Shown here piece after piece: positions 24,882-37,514 of a stretch of 64,000 nucleotides of DNA; within the stretch, counting starts at the first letter, position 1, and the number at the start of each line of letters is the position of its first letter. The notes below the pieces were generated by a model, which was given only the letters and a program-made list of their open reading frames with translations, was not told where the DNA came from and did no database searches. The translations under genes and the position numbers were made by a program. The stretch is from Balanoglossus misakiensis (lineage: Eukaryota > Animalia > Hemichordata): assembly GCA_040954595.2 (NCBI GenBank), contig CM082588.2, positions 12,041,398-12,105,397 of the forward strand, given 5' to 3'.

Positions 24882-26249
24882 TTAAAAATGTTCAATTAAT
24901 TACATTTTCATTTTTTCATACGAAATCCTGAATTTTGGTACTTTGTATTTTCAAATTTAATCAATGTGTTAATAAAGGTCCATCACCTCTAGCTCTGAAA
25001 TATGTTGTCTTTCAAATATATTCTCTTAAATTCCCAATTATTTTTTGATTTCCAACTCACGATAATGTTGTTGCCGTTAAATGTGGCAAAAAATATATTG
25101 GTTTCAGAAACGCCAGAAAAGTTAAGTCATCTATATTCCATTGTGAATTTCCTGCCATTTTCAAAAATGTGCAAGTCATGTTACAAAGTACAGAGAAAAC
25201 ATTAAATTACATGTGTCCCGTTCATTGGTTGACATCAAATTGTTTTATCAAGATTGTAAAAATAAATTATTTCCATGTCAAATGTGTTTGTGGGTGTGCA
25301 CATTAGTGTGGTGCCACATTACATGACTCCTTTTTGCATACAAGTATTAATGCAGTCATATTTGAGTGGGATACCCACCTGTTTTTTTGTTGTTGTTTTT
25401 TTAATTTATAAATGAATTTATAAGTGATGTATGATCTCACCTACATGATTAAATCATTTGAAATTTACAGTTTATGTGCCTTTAAACACATAATTTTGTT
25501 AACATACACTTGTTCAATTACCAGTGTTTTTTGAAGTTTTTATAAGTCTCAGTCTACATGTTCAGTAGTAGTATATTTGCATGAAACTTTTTAAACATTT
25601 TTCCTTAGAGGCGGATCAATAATATATAGATAATATAGATTGACAGTGATGTACTTTTTGAGTTGAGTTTCCCATGGATTTGACGACAGATTTTATCATT
25701 TTCATTATATTATGCAAAAAATTAATTTTCATTGATCAGTCTCATAAGTTTGTGCATGGTGCATGCCATATTGAACAATTTTAAAGCATTTTAAGCATTT
25801 AATGAAACTTCAATGTTATTGAAATTGCTGTCATTATATTACCCTGGAGACTGAAAGTTTGTAGTGAATTTGACTCTGTGTGTTCAAAATGATTACTGTG
25901 TATAACCATTAATAGATTTATGTTTTTAGCTATTTATCAAATTTGCAAAGACCGTTGTGAAATTGTTGCCTTCTCTATCATTTGTTGTTAATATTTTCTG
26001 TTAGATATCAGCTTCAAATGGAGTTCAAAATTTTAAATATCTTAAATACCATTTCTGAACATAAATTCCCAGGCATCTCCATACATCTGAATGGTATTAC
26101 TTAAATTCTTGAAGTAATTTTAATAATTCCAAAATAAAACTTTAGAAAAAATGTGCAGAGTTCACTTGAGAGATTTTTGGAGAGATTTCTGGAAGTTTTG
26201 TACAGATGACATTTATCTGTTCTTTTTGAGAAAACTAATGATTTTCAAA

Positions 26250-26403
26250 ACTTTGCCTTGTACGTGTGAAAGGCACAACAACAGTGTGTGGAGTTGGCAC
26301 TGCTTGGTCGCAATATCTTCATCAATACTCCCAAAAAATGTACAGATTGTGTGTCCTACTGATGCAGCTTGCAGCATACATGATGATCTGCCAGAAAAGT
26401 CCA
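26250..26403 (+). pseudogene. Probable N-terminal piece of the PIF1-family helicase pseudogene (motif Ia, decayed Walker A region)
   Basis: KNVQIVCPTDAACSIH resembles PIF1 motif Ia. It abuts the LINE tail. Joining AAGTCCA (26397-26403) to CAATTCACAGT (39025) gives in-frame KSTIHS (motif Ib). Confidence 0.55.
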
Positions 26404-29380
26404 AAGATAGATAAATAGATGTTTATTTCACCAGGAAGATGCATTTGACATAACTGGTGCGGACCAGGGAAGTAGTTTTAGTGGAACTAGTCGTGTCCCT
26501 AAATACATACAAATCATTGAAACAATTAATATAATTGCCATTTCATATCACAGAACAATAGTTGGTAGTCAAACAACGCGGTGACAAAATAAACAGGTTT
26601 ATAACAGAGGTTAAATTAATCTATGCTCAATAGATACATTTTCAGAGAGCTTTTAAATAAATTCCTTGAATGAATTGATTTTATTTGTGTAGGAATTTCA
26701 TTCCAATGCTTGGCAATAGAATAGTATAAATTATTTTGAGATGAAGTAAGTTTTACTTTGGGAAGCATAAACTTATCAGTGGAGGCAAATCTTGTAGAAT
26801 ATTTGTGTGACACAAATGAAGCATAGCGATCTAGTGAGGGGGCATAATGCCTGCCTTTAGATCATACGCAAAAACACAAGTTTGAAATTTACAGAGTTTG
26901 TAAACATTAAGAATTCCAAGTTGCTGAAAAAGTGGTGCACTATGTGTATTGGGGCTAGAAAATGTTATAAGTCTTACAAGTCACTTTTGCAATTTGAAAA
27001 TACAATCTAAATAGGTTTTATATGCATTTCCCCATATTTCGATACAATACATTATATGGGGAAGGATAAGACAATTGTATAATAATAAAATTATAGACTT
27101 AGGGAGATAATGGCGTACATATGAAATAATACCGATTTTTGGCGAACCTTCTTAAAAATAATGTTGATGTGAGACTTCCAGGATAATGATGAGTCAAGAG
27201 TAACTCCAAGATAAACAGCAGATGAAACATTTTGTATTCGTAAATCAGAGACATATAAATCCCCTTCAGGCTTAAACTTCGCCTGGGCTGTTTTGAAAAT
27301 AACATAGTTTGTTTTGTCAATATTAATAGTAAGTTTATTTGACTTACACCAGTTCTGTACTTTAGTTAGCTCAACATTCAGAGTGGCAAGATCGATTTTG
27401 TCCTGCTTATCTGAACAAAATAAATTGGTATCGTCAGCAAATAACCTGAATTGATAATAGTCTGAGGATCTGCTGATATCATTTATATATACTACAAAAA
27501 GAAGTGGACCTAGAATTGATCCCTGTGGAATCCCACAGGAGATCCTTTTTGCTTTTGAAGTACAATTATTGACCTTGACATACTGCTGTCGGTCTTATAT
27601 ATAAGTCTTAAACCAATTAAGTGTGGATCCCCTAATCCCATGGTGGCATAGCTCAGCTAACAAAGTTGTGTGGTTAATCGTATCAAATGCCTTTTTAAAA
27701 TCAATAAAGATACCAAATGCAACAAGACCGTTATCAATGTGCTTTGATATTTTTGTTGTGAGATCTGCTAAAGCTAACTTAGTACTATCTTTCTTACGAA
27801 ATCCATATTGGCTGTTAGTGAGAATATCAATTGTTTTCAAAAAAAGAACACAGTTGCTTATTTACAATAGACTCGTACAGCTTACTAATAAGGTTGGCAA
27901 GACAGAGATAGGTCTGTAATTTCCTATTTCATGAACACAACCCTTTTTAAAAATTGGTGTTACTCAGTGCCATTTTCAGTTTCTCTGGAAAAATACCCTG
28001 TGACAAAGAAATATTAACAATATGAGCAAATGGTTCTGTAATATAACCCGCTGCTTCCTTCCTTTTGGATATATTTCATCAAAACCAGCAGCTTTACAAT
28101 GGTCTAATAATTTAATTTCTCTGAGTATATCACCAGAATGCACAGGATGGAAAAAGAAAGAATTAAAATGACGAATACCAAGGTAATCATTGAAATTAGC
28201 GCTACAATGTATTTGTGATGCTAGATTTTGTCCAATGTTGACAAAAAAAATTAAAAGCGTCAACTATATCAATATTTTTAGTAACAAAATTCCCAGGGTT
28301 TTCGTCATCTTTTATTTTTTTGTGGAGCATTAACCTTTGAATTTTTGTTCAAGATTTCATTGATGACTTGCCATTTTTGTGGTCCTTCCCAGAGGCTACA
28401 GACAGTTGCAATTTATCACAAAAATACTTCTTTTTTGCTCGTCGCATAAGTTTTGTTAACAGGTTGCGATAAAGTTTGTACTCTTGATGAATAGATGAGC
28501 TTGCAGAATGGCGTTTTGTTTTGGAGAACATATTATGCTTGTTTTTAATTGAGACCAGAAGTCATTTTTGATCCATGGTTTCCGTAAGCGCTTACGCTGG
28601 TTTGAACACCGTTCGACTGGCATGTGTCTTGTTGCCATATCATGAAACAATTGTAGACAGTATTATAGGCAACATTCGGATCATTAGAGTCGTAAACATC
28701 CTGCCAAGAAATATTTGCAAAGTCATTTTTATATGAAACTGGATCAAATGAAGAAAAATCACACTTGAAATCAATTGTTTCAACAGTGAACACATGACGT
28801 AAATCCTTAAAGATGGCAAAGATGGGATAATGGTCACTTATATCAGTTTGTACTGTCCCACTTTCAATGAACTGGTTACGAAAATTTACATGGCAATGAT
28901 CTATTAATGTGGAGGTGTGAGTAGTTGTCCTGTTCGGTACGTCCATGATTTGATAAAAATTATTACCACTAAGAGTAGTGATATATTCATTAAAGACAGT
29001 GTTATCGCCATCTATATTTATATTGAAATCCCCTTATAAAATGCATTTTTGTAGGTAATGCGTAGATTATCAAGACAATCTGATAAACTGGTTAAAAAAT
29101 CCTGAGTAGGTGTATTTGGTCTGCGATATATGACACCTATGATGACCTTGCTTTTTCAAGTAGGATTTCAACAAAGAGACATTCGCAATGTTGGAGAACA
29201 ACTAAGTCTATTATAGGTATAGTATGATAACGACTCGTGTAAATAGAGACCAACACCTCCTCCTCTGGAAACAGCTCTACATTTATGAACAAAGTTGTAC
29301 GAAGGGAGGTTATATAATGATGCATCAACACCTGGGTCTAGCCATGTTTCACTGAGGGCAATGACAGAAAATTCATCAAA
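26404..29380 (-). mobile_element. L2/CR1-group (Crack/Daphne-like) LINE, ORF2 endonuclease plus RT, frameshifted
   Basis: Mirror of 43281..46258. Motifs TLIDH, ISDHYPIF and FIDFKKAFDTINH. Confidence 0.9.
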
Positions 29381-30128
29381 TAGTGCAGGAGCTTAACCCC
29401 ACATTTTGGCATAATTGTGCACTTTGGGTTAAAAGCATAAAACTTGGTACACTTATGCATTGACCCATGGCGGCCATTTTCTGATATGGATCCAAAAGGA
29501 CAGCGCCCTCTAGTGGCCAGAAACAGACATTCATACTTAAAAATTGTGCACTTTGGGTTAAAAGCATGAAATTTGGTACAATTATTCATTGACCCATGGC
29601 GGACATTTTCCAATATGGATCTCAAAAGACAGCGCCCTCTAGTGGCTAGAAACTGACATTCATACTTAAAAATTGTGCACTTTGGGTTAAAAGCATGAAA
29701 TTTGGTACAATTATTCATTGACCGATGGCGGACATTTTCCAATATGGATCCCAAAAGACAGCGCCCTCTAGTGGCTAGAAACTGACATTTACACTTTTCC
29801 CCCCATTAATGACACTTTTTGGGCAAGATTAACACTCAGAGACAGGAATGTTGGTTGTAAAACATGCTTGCTGCCATATAGTGCAGGAGCTTAACCCCAC
29901 ATTTTGGCATAATTGTGCACTTTGGGTTAAAAGCATAAAACTTGGTACATTTATGCATTGACCCATGGCGGCCATTTTCTGATATGGATCCAAAATGACA
30001 GCGCCCTCTAGTGGCCAGAAACAGACATTCATACTTAAAAATTGTGCACTTTGGGTTAAAAGCATGAAATTTGGTACAATTATTCATTGACCCATGGCGG
30101 ACATTTTCCAATATGGATCCCAAAAGAC
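29381..30128 (-). mobile_element. Two tandem partial right ends of the Academ-like MITE (498 bp and 250 bp)
   Basis: TAGTGCAGGAGCTTAACCCC starts at 29381 and again at 29879, with a 129-bp internal subrepeat. The right arm has only one copy. Confidence 0.85.
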
Positions 30129-30305
30129 CCCTAACCCAACTCAGTCGAGTTTTTTCAGCTTTTCGAAGTTCAGTCGAAGGCTTATCTTGATGTGGACAAA
30201 TAGTCTTTCACACCTTTGTAAATCCTCTGCCTGCAATGTGAAACAAGGCTTCCTTTGCTTTGACCGTGTACACTTAGGGCAACTTCTCGGGCACGCAGCC
30301 TTTTA

Positions 30306-31099
30306 GGCTGCATTCACAAACACCTCTGGAGGGGGGCGGGGGAGAATTCATTTTTTTTTACCGCTAATTTTCACATGCCCCCTTCCGAACTGCCAATATT
30401 TTCAAATCCCCCCTTCCGAACTGCCAAAATTTTGAAATCCCCCCCCCCATTTTCTTTCACAGAGCAAAACACATCACCTATCTATCTTGTAAAAAGAAAA
30501 ACAGCGCTCGCATGAAAAGAATTTGAAAGTGATGTTTCCCCTCATCAGTGGGTATTAAAACTGAACATTGTTTTAATTTTTTAAGTACATATATTTGTGT
30601 TCTGTGTAGGGAGACATTGTAAACCGAGAATTGAAGGGGGTGGGTTTGGGAGGGGGTGTCCCACTCCCACGTAAGAAAATTTTTTAAAATACAGAGCTCA
30701 AAGCTGCATTTTAATGAACCCGGCAAAAGCAAATTAACTCAACTACCGGTATGTTGGGGAGGACAAATTAAACCGTCACTGCTCAAAGTTATCATGGGGT
30801 GGGGGCAAGTCCCCTGACCTGGGACACTAGATAAACCAGTCAATGATTGAAAGGTGTTGGTGAATTGAGGGGGTGGGTGTGTCCCCCTCCCACATTAGAA
30901 AATTTTGTAAAATAAAGGGCACGAAACTGCATTTTTGTGGACTCAAAATAAATATTTAGTCGTTAAAGTTTTCAAGTCCCCCCCTTTCAGTCCCTAAATT
31001 ATTTCAAATCCCCCCCTTACATACCCTCAATTTTTTCAAATCCCCCCCCCCTCAATTCTCCTGCCCCCCCCCTCTCCAGAGGTGTTTGTGAATGCAGCC
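30306..31099. mobile_element. PIF/Harbinger-like MITE
   Basis: TIR GGCTGCATTCACAAACACCTCTGGAG with TSD TTA (30303-05 and 31100-02). Interior is related to 1691..2845. Confidence 0.88.
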
Positions 31100-32259
31100 T
31101 TATACCACCTTCCAGGCGCATTGCTGTACATATTTTCTACAATAATTTATTCAGAATGATTGTCCACTGTTCTCCACTGTCTATTGTTTTAGTTTCTCCC
31201 CTAATTATCACCTCCGAATTATTCATGCAGACCAAGTCAGTGCAGAGATTATGTAATCCAGGGCTGGTGAATTGTCCATGCGCAGTTATTCACACTGGTG
31301 TTGTGTCATAGCAGAGTTTATTTTGTCAAAGCCGTTCGATGCTAAGATGTGTTAATAACTGTCTAACCACCTCAGACAAGTAGACGTGCAGCAAATCCTA
31401 ACTAACCTTTAACCACCACACAAAAACAACACTGGACACACAAGACAACACACAACACTATAGACACTTTGTGACAACAGCAAATGTTCTATACTGGATA
31501 TATTCTGACAGAGGTTTCGTATTTTACTTATATACACTAGAATATGCTGCAGAGTATGTATCGTGACAACTCTTTTGAGAAAAAAAAAGAACAGCAAATT
31601 TTGTTACGTGACAAATTATGAAACTTTAACACTTTGTTGTAGTAATCCAAACCCAAAGAACCTATGGCTAAGGCAGCTTAGTAAAAGTCTAATCCATTTC
31701 GAATAAATATATTTTGTTATTTGACGTTATTTTGACCTAAATCGAACTTCAGCTAGGACTGGCGACTGTGTGATTTTGATTGGGTACCGAATGTTGTATT
31801 CGACATCGACAGCTGACGACATGGTTTGCCACTAAACAACCTGATGATACATTTCATTCGTCCGTTTATACAGATTAATATTCTACAAACCGCGAAACCT
31901 TCTCTTTTACCATCATATTTCCCGAATTGTACTTATACAGTTATTTATGAACAATTCCAGTTTACGACACATGGTGAAAAGATAAAATACTATTATTTTC
32001 GGTTATATATAACACACATGATTAACATATAAACAAATTAACATCTAACTTTCTAGGATGAAAGATTAACGTAATCGATAAGATTATATCTTTCATCTAC
32101 ATGTATGTATGTTTCAAAAGTTTCCCATTTGTGAGAAAATCTAAAATTTTCTGATTTTTTTTTACGTATTTACATTTCCAACCAAATGTCGATGATGTCT
32201 GAATAACACAAATTTTACACCAGCATGTCAAAAAACTTGGTAATATTAGTACACAACTG

Positions 32260-34118
32260 TGTATCAGTGTATCTGGAACTGTAAGAAAGTCCAGAGATTC
32301 TTTGTCTGGTACTCCAATTTCAACCGTTTATTGACTTTCTTATCAGTAGAGTACAGATAGTTTTTTATGTATTTTGAAATGCTTTCAATTTCTTTACGAA
32401 GTGTCCACCCAGCCAAGTAGCGTATTTTTCCTCTGCCATCACCCCCGATTTCTTCTATATGTACGATATTTTGCGTCGCCTCAAGACTTCTTTTTTCTGC
32501 ACGGGAAATAAGATCATTAATCTACAATGTTAGTTAGTAAGGTGAAGTATTCATCTTTCATACTGGTGATAGGGATACCAAAAAGGGATGCACCCTCTTC
32601 GATAAGCTGTGTTCGTTGCAGATATCGTGCAGTAAGCCAGCCATGCATGTTCTTGAAATCTGCTAGTATAAGCTTTACTTCTTCATTTTCTTCAATTCCT
32701 TTCTTTGTAGTACAAAATATCTTCAGCCATTGTATCTTTAGAAATAAAATAAACAGCTCTGGCATATCTTCTAATTTGTCAATCAGACAGTTCAAACGCC
32801 CGGACAGTGAATCTTCCACTTCAGCAAATGGAGAAACATCTTTAAGTTCATGTAGGAATGTGTCTGCACTGGAGTCATGTGGGAGTTCTTCTAGCTCTCT
32901 GTGGCTTTTATCCATAAATGTCCCTCAAATCTATGGTAGTCTTGTCACTATCATCCGTGTCATATGTTGATTGTACATATGCCTCTCCATCATCATTTCT
33001 TATCATCTGGATATCTTCACTGCATACCATGTCACACTCTACGTCTTTGCTGCAACAGGCAATATCTTCTGGCGTTTCTTGACCCTGAATGCATAGTATT
33101 TCATAGAAAGAAGATACTAGACTGTTGACTGGAAGCATCCTCTGTGGGGTAAAACTAAACAAGAGAACTGTATCTTTTGATTTTGCCCGTAAAAGTGATA
33201 CATATAATTGCCCTGGAACAAATTCGTTGCCTGCGTGTATGGCAACATTCTTGATCGTTTGTCCCTGACATTTATGTGCTATCATTGCCCAGCACAGCTT
33301 CAAATGGATTTGGCAGCGCCTTCCAATCCCAACTCCCTGTCGTTTTAAAAGTCCACGTTTGACGATGTACAGACACCTATATCAGGCTATCCTCAAATGC
33401 TACAACAGGATTTCCATTTTCATCTATTCCTTTGAAAATGCCAGTGCTTCCATTGTGAAGGCTGTCACTGAGAATGTATACCAGCATCACAAGAGCACCA
33501 ACCTTTAGTAAGAGCTTGTTTGGTGCAATGGCACGCCTTTCCACTTGATGCACGTCCCCTTTATCAACTGCCTGGAAAACATGGCATTGTCCTGTTAACT
33601 TATCAAGCTGACACATGTTGTGGAGGTTCACATCTGCATTATGAAAGTAGATGTAGGTTTGGTTTTCTGGGTTCAGCAGAGGCCGCTTCAAGGTGTTGAG
33701 GAAATCCAATGTACGAGGACTGCATTGACCGAGGCGGACACCATTCAAAGCTGGGAGGAACTCTTGCTGATTGTGTTGCTGTCTATAGATAGTTTTGAGG
33801 ACAATGATGTGTCTGAAGGTTGTTTCCCATAATGGGGACTGGAATGAGTATTCTCCATCATCCACGTGGCTTGGTACTGGTGGTAATTGATGGAAGTCTC
33901 CAATTGCAATCACTTGGATACCACCAAACGATTGCTTGCCTTCTCTGCCCACTTTACTTAATATAGCAATGACACTGAACAGACGAGCACTTTCCATAAA
34001 ATTCATCAATTATGAGTACATCAACTTCTCTCAACTGTGTCGCAACATTCTCCTTTGCATTTTTGAGAATGTATTGAATTGCATGGTCAGCCAGCCCAAT
34101 AAAAAACACTGTGAATTG
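32260..34118 (-). pseudogene. PIF1-family SF1B helicase pseudogene, left-arm copy
   Basis: ORFs 33377..34009, 32908..33303 and 32517..32915. Mirror of 39025..40900. Confidence 0.85.
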
Positions 34119-34478
34119 AAAATCTGACACCAGGACGAAGATCTTTATTCACAAAGGTAAATGCCAGAAGAAATGAATATGGATGGAAATACTTGTGGAC
34201 GCAATATGGAAAAATCCTGACAAAGAAAGTCGACAGGTCACCAACTGTCTACATTCCGAATGAGGAAAGTCTCGCCAAAATCTGCTAGGCGTCCTTTAAC
34301 TACTACATCATAGTGTACAAGCAAACTCATCATCGGCGAAACCACAGACCACTTCTTGCAAAATAACTATAATTGTAAGTCTTATACTTTGGACGAATTT
34401 AATGCAAACGATTCCCTTCTAACACTGCAGTCATTTTCAACTCTTCATTTGAATAATAGATCGATCAGATGTCGCTTT
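34119..34478 (+). mobile_element. 5' piece of the split LINE (ORF1 C-terminus and ORF2 start)
   Basis: Manual translation gives ENLTPGRRSLF...GWKYLWTQYGKILTKK...ESLAKIC*, then FSTLHLNNRSIRCRF, which continues as FDEFSVIALSETWL at 43281. Confidence 0.8.
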
Positions 34479-35628
34479 TAGTGGGGCAGTTAACAAAAAA
34501 TTGTGCACTTTGGGTTAAAAGCATGAAACTTGGTACACTTATGCATTGACCCATGGCGGCCATTTTCTGATATGGATCCAAAATGACAGCACCCTCTATT
34601 GGCCAGAAACAGACATTCATAGTTAAAAACCGTGCACTTCGGGTTAAAAGCCTGAAACTTGGTACACTTATGCATTGACCCATGGCGGCCATTTTATGAT
34701 ATGGATCCAAAATGACAGCGCCCTCTTGTGGCCAGAAACTGACATTCACACTTTCCCCCATTAATGGCACTTTTTGGTCATTTGTAACACTCAGAAACAG
34801 GAATGTGGGTTGTAAAACATGCTTGCTACCATACATTCATGTGTATATTATCCTAATCCTGATATACATGTATCAGATCAATCTTGATTACATCTTCCTT
34901 CACAGTAACAATGACCACTGCTGTCAGACTAGACCTAAAGCACCTACATGTGCATGACTTTTGGCCACTGATTTCCTGAGGTTGACTCTTTTCTTGGGCT
35001 TGACTAAGAGTTGTCCAACTTGATTTCCACTGGGATTCTGTTGGTTTGATAAAACTTTGCTAGGTTTCTCACAGCACATGTTCTTTAGGAGCTGCCTGTA
35101 TTCTCGAGAACCCTTGACTTTCTGGAGAAGAGGTGTTGTATTACCCCTTTGCATGACTTTGTGTATTGAACTGGTTGTTATTTCGAAGAACAAATCGTTC
35201 AATTAGTAACATACAAGATTGATCTGATGCATGTACATCAGGATTAGGATACTATTCAAAGGAATGTATGGCAGCAAGCATGTTTTACAACCCACATTGT
35301 GTGTGTTAAACTTGCCCAAAAAGTGTCATTAATGGGGGGAAAAGTGTAAATGTCAGTTTCTAGCCACTAGAGGGCGCTGTCTTTTGGGATCCATATTGGA
35401 AAATGTCCGCCATGGGTCAATGAATAATTGTACCAAATTTCATGCTTTTAACCCAAAGTGCACAATTTTTAAGTATGAATGTCAGTTTCTAGCCACTAGA
35501 GGGCGCTGTCTTTTGGGATCCATATTGGAAAATGTCCGCCATGGGTCAATGAATAAGTGTACCAAGTTTAATGCTTTTAACCCAAAGTGCACAATTATGC
35601 CAAAATGTGGGGTTAAGCTCCTGCACTA
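34479..35628 (+). mobile_element. Complete 1.15 kb Academ-like MITE with ~400-bp imperfect TIRs
   Basis: Left end TAGTGGGGCAGTTAAC, right end GGTTAAGCTCCTGCACTA, 129-bp subrepeats, and an inner inverted block ATCCTAATCCTGAT...ATCAGATCAATCTTG. Its original 3-bp TSD TTT is split between 34476-78 and 43281-83. Confidence 0.85.
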
Positions 35629-37500
35629 CAGTCCATAGTGGACAGCATTATGCAAGACTTTGCATGAACACTCTATACACTGTACATGCTATATGGGCAA
35701 CTGTTGTGTCAATGTTTAACCAGGTCACAGTGTACAGTACCCATCTTTTTATTAACACTCAACACAACCCATATTTGAGAGTTCTATATGGTCGACCCTT
35801 GCGTCAATGTTTAACCAGTCCATAGTGGACAGCATATGCAAGACTTTGCATGAACACTATATACACTGTACATGCTATATGGGCAACTGTTGTGTCAATG
35901 TTTAACCAGGTCACAGTGTACAGTACCCATCTTTTTATTAACACTCAACACAACCCATATTTGAGAGTTCTATATGGTCGACCCTTGCGTCAATGTTTAA
36001 CCAGTCCATAGTGGACAGTATTATGCAAAACTTTGCGTGAACACTCAATACACTGTACATGCTATGTGGGCAACTGTTGTGTCAATGTTTAACCAGGTCA
36101 CAGTGTACAGTACCCATCTTTTTATTAACACTCAACACAACCCATATTTGAGAGTTCTATATGGTCACCCTTTGCGTCAATGTTTAACCATGTCCATGGA
36201 GGACGTATTATGCAAAACTTTGCATGAACACTCAATACACCATACATGCTATATGGGCAACTGTTGTGTCAATGTTCAACCAGGTCACAGTGTACAGTAC
36301 CCATCTTTTTATTAACACTCAACACAACCCATATTTGAGAGTTCTCTAAGGTCAACCCTTGCATCAATCAATGTTTAACCAGTCCATAGTGGACAGCATT
36401 ATGCAAGACTTTGCATGAACACTCTATACACTGTACATGCTATATGGGCAACTGTTGTGTCAATGTTTAAGTTTAACCAGGTCACAGTGTACAGTACCCA
36501 TCTTTTTATTAACACGCAACACAAACCATATTTGAGAGTTCTATAAGGTCAACCCTTGCGTCAATGTTTAACCAGTCCATAGTGGACAGCATTATGCAAG
36601 ACTTTGCATGAACCACAGACAAAGAGAAAAAACAGACTAGCAACGCGGCATGTTCCTTTGATGTCTTGTTCATCTCGGCAAACAAGGGGAAACAATAGGC
36701 TTCAAATGTGTCAAATGGGTTAGACACCGCGGAGACTTCCCAGAATACTTTGCGGTTGCGTCATTATCGACAGCTGCAGTACCTTGCCTGACACAGCTTT
36801 GCACTCAGGAGTCGACTGAAACACTACTTCACGACGACCATGATTTACATTTGATTTACACGTTAGAAGTAAAATTTGCATCTACAACCCATGCAAATTT
36901 ACAGAACACGATTCGGCGAACAGGAATCCATTCCAAAAAAATCGAGATGGATGATTAAACCTTTTAAAATTTACGATCAAACACACTTATTATATATTCA
37001 TAAGTTTTTATTAAATGGTAAAACTCATCGCTCCGATGCTCAAACTTCCTCCAATTTTCACTGTCCACTCGCCTTCCGTCTACAGCTGACTGAAAACGAC
37101 AACACGAACTTTCACAAAAACACTTTCGTTTTATTATCGGGAAAATTCCGGACATTGCCGAAGTGGATACGTTCGGAAAACTTCGGAGACAAGCTGCACC
37201 TTGAAGGTGAGCTGAGACACGCATAGGGGATTAGGAGATGTACTTCACACCTTTTGACAATAGCGTTGCTAGTCTGTTTTTCTCTTTGTCTGTGCATGAA
37301 CAATCTATACACTGTACATGCTATATGGGCAACTGTTGTGTCAATGTTTAACTTTAACCAGCTAGGTCACAGTGTACAGTACCCATCTTTTTATTAACAC
37401 GCAACACAAACCATAATTGAGAGTTCTATAAGGTCAACCCTTGCGTCAATGTTTAACCAGTCTATAGTGGACAGCATTATGCAAAACTTTGCATGAACAC
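35629..37500. repeat. Central spacer satellite, ~187-bp unit, about 6.5 copies, non-palindromic
   Basis: CAGTCCATAGTGGAC anchor at 35629, 35816, 36002, 36189, 36380 and 36573. The array resumes after the insertion at 37295. Confidence 0.95.
36614..37294. mobile_element. 681-bp MITE with 7-bp TSD (P-superfamily-like)
   Basis: TIR CACAGACAAAGAGAAAAAACAGACTAGCAACGC with TSD CATGAAC (36607-13 and 37295-301). Neighbouring satellite units show the empty site. Confidence 0.85.
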
Positions 37501-37514
37501 TTAAAGGTCCCATG

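Larger units (their letters stand above)
5612..35630 (+). repeat. Left arm of giant inverted duplication (probably extends further left; its partner leaves the window)
   Basis: The reverse complement of the window end (TTAACAATCCATAAACTAC) starts at 5612. Dozens of near-identical ORF pairs lie on opposite strands, with coordinate sums of ~69612, 74421, 72661 and 73143 between indels. Confidence 0.97.

Noticed and set aside
29338-30123. Recurrent ORFs such as MGSILENVRHGSMNNCTKFHAFNPKCT and MLLTQSAQ
   Set aside because: Translations of the 129-bp TIR subrepeat of the MITE, not proteins.
30128-30138. Telomere-like CCCTAACCC at the truncated TIR junction
   Set aside because: Only about 1.5 units, within chance expectation.
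35629-37500. CRISPR-like array
   Set aside because: Units are full-length tandem copies with no unique spacers, there are no cas genes, and the context is eukaryotic.
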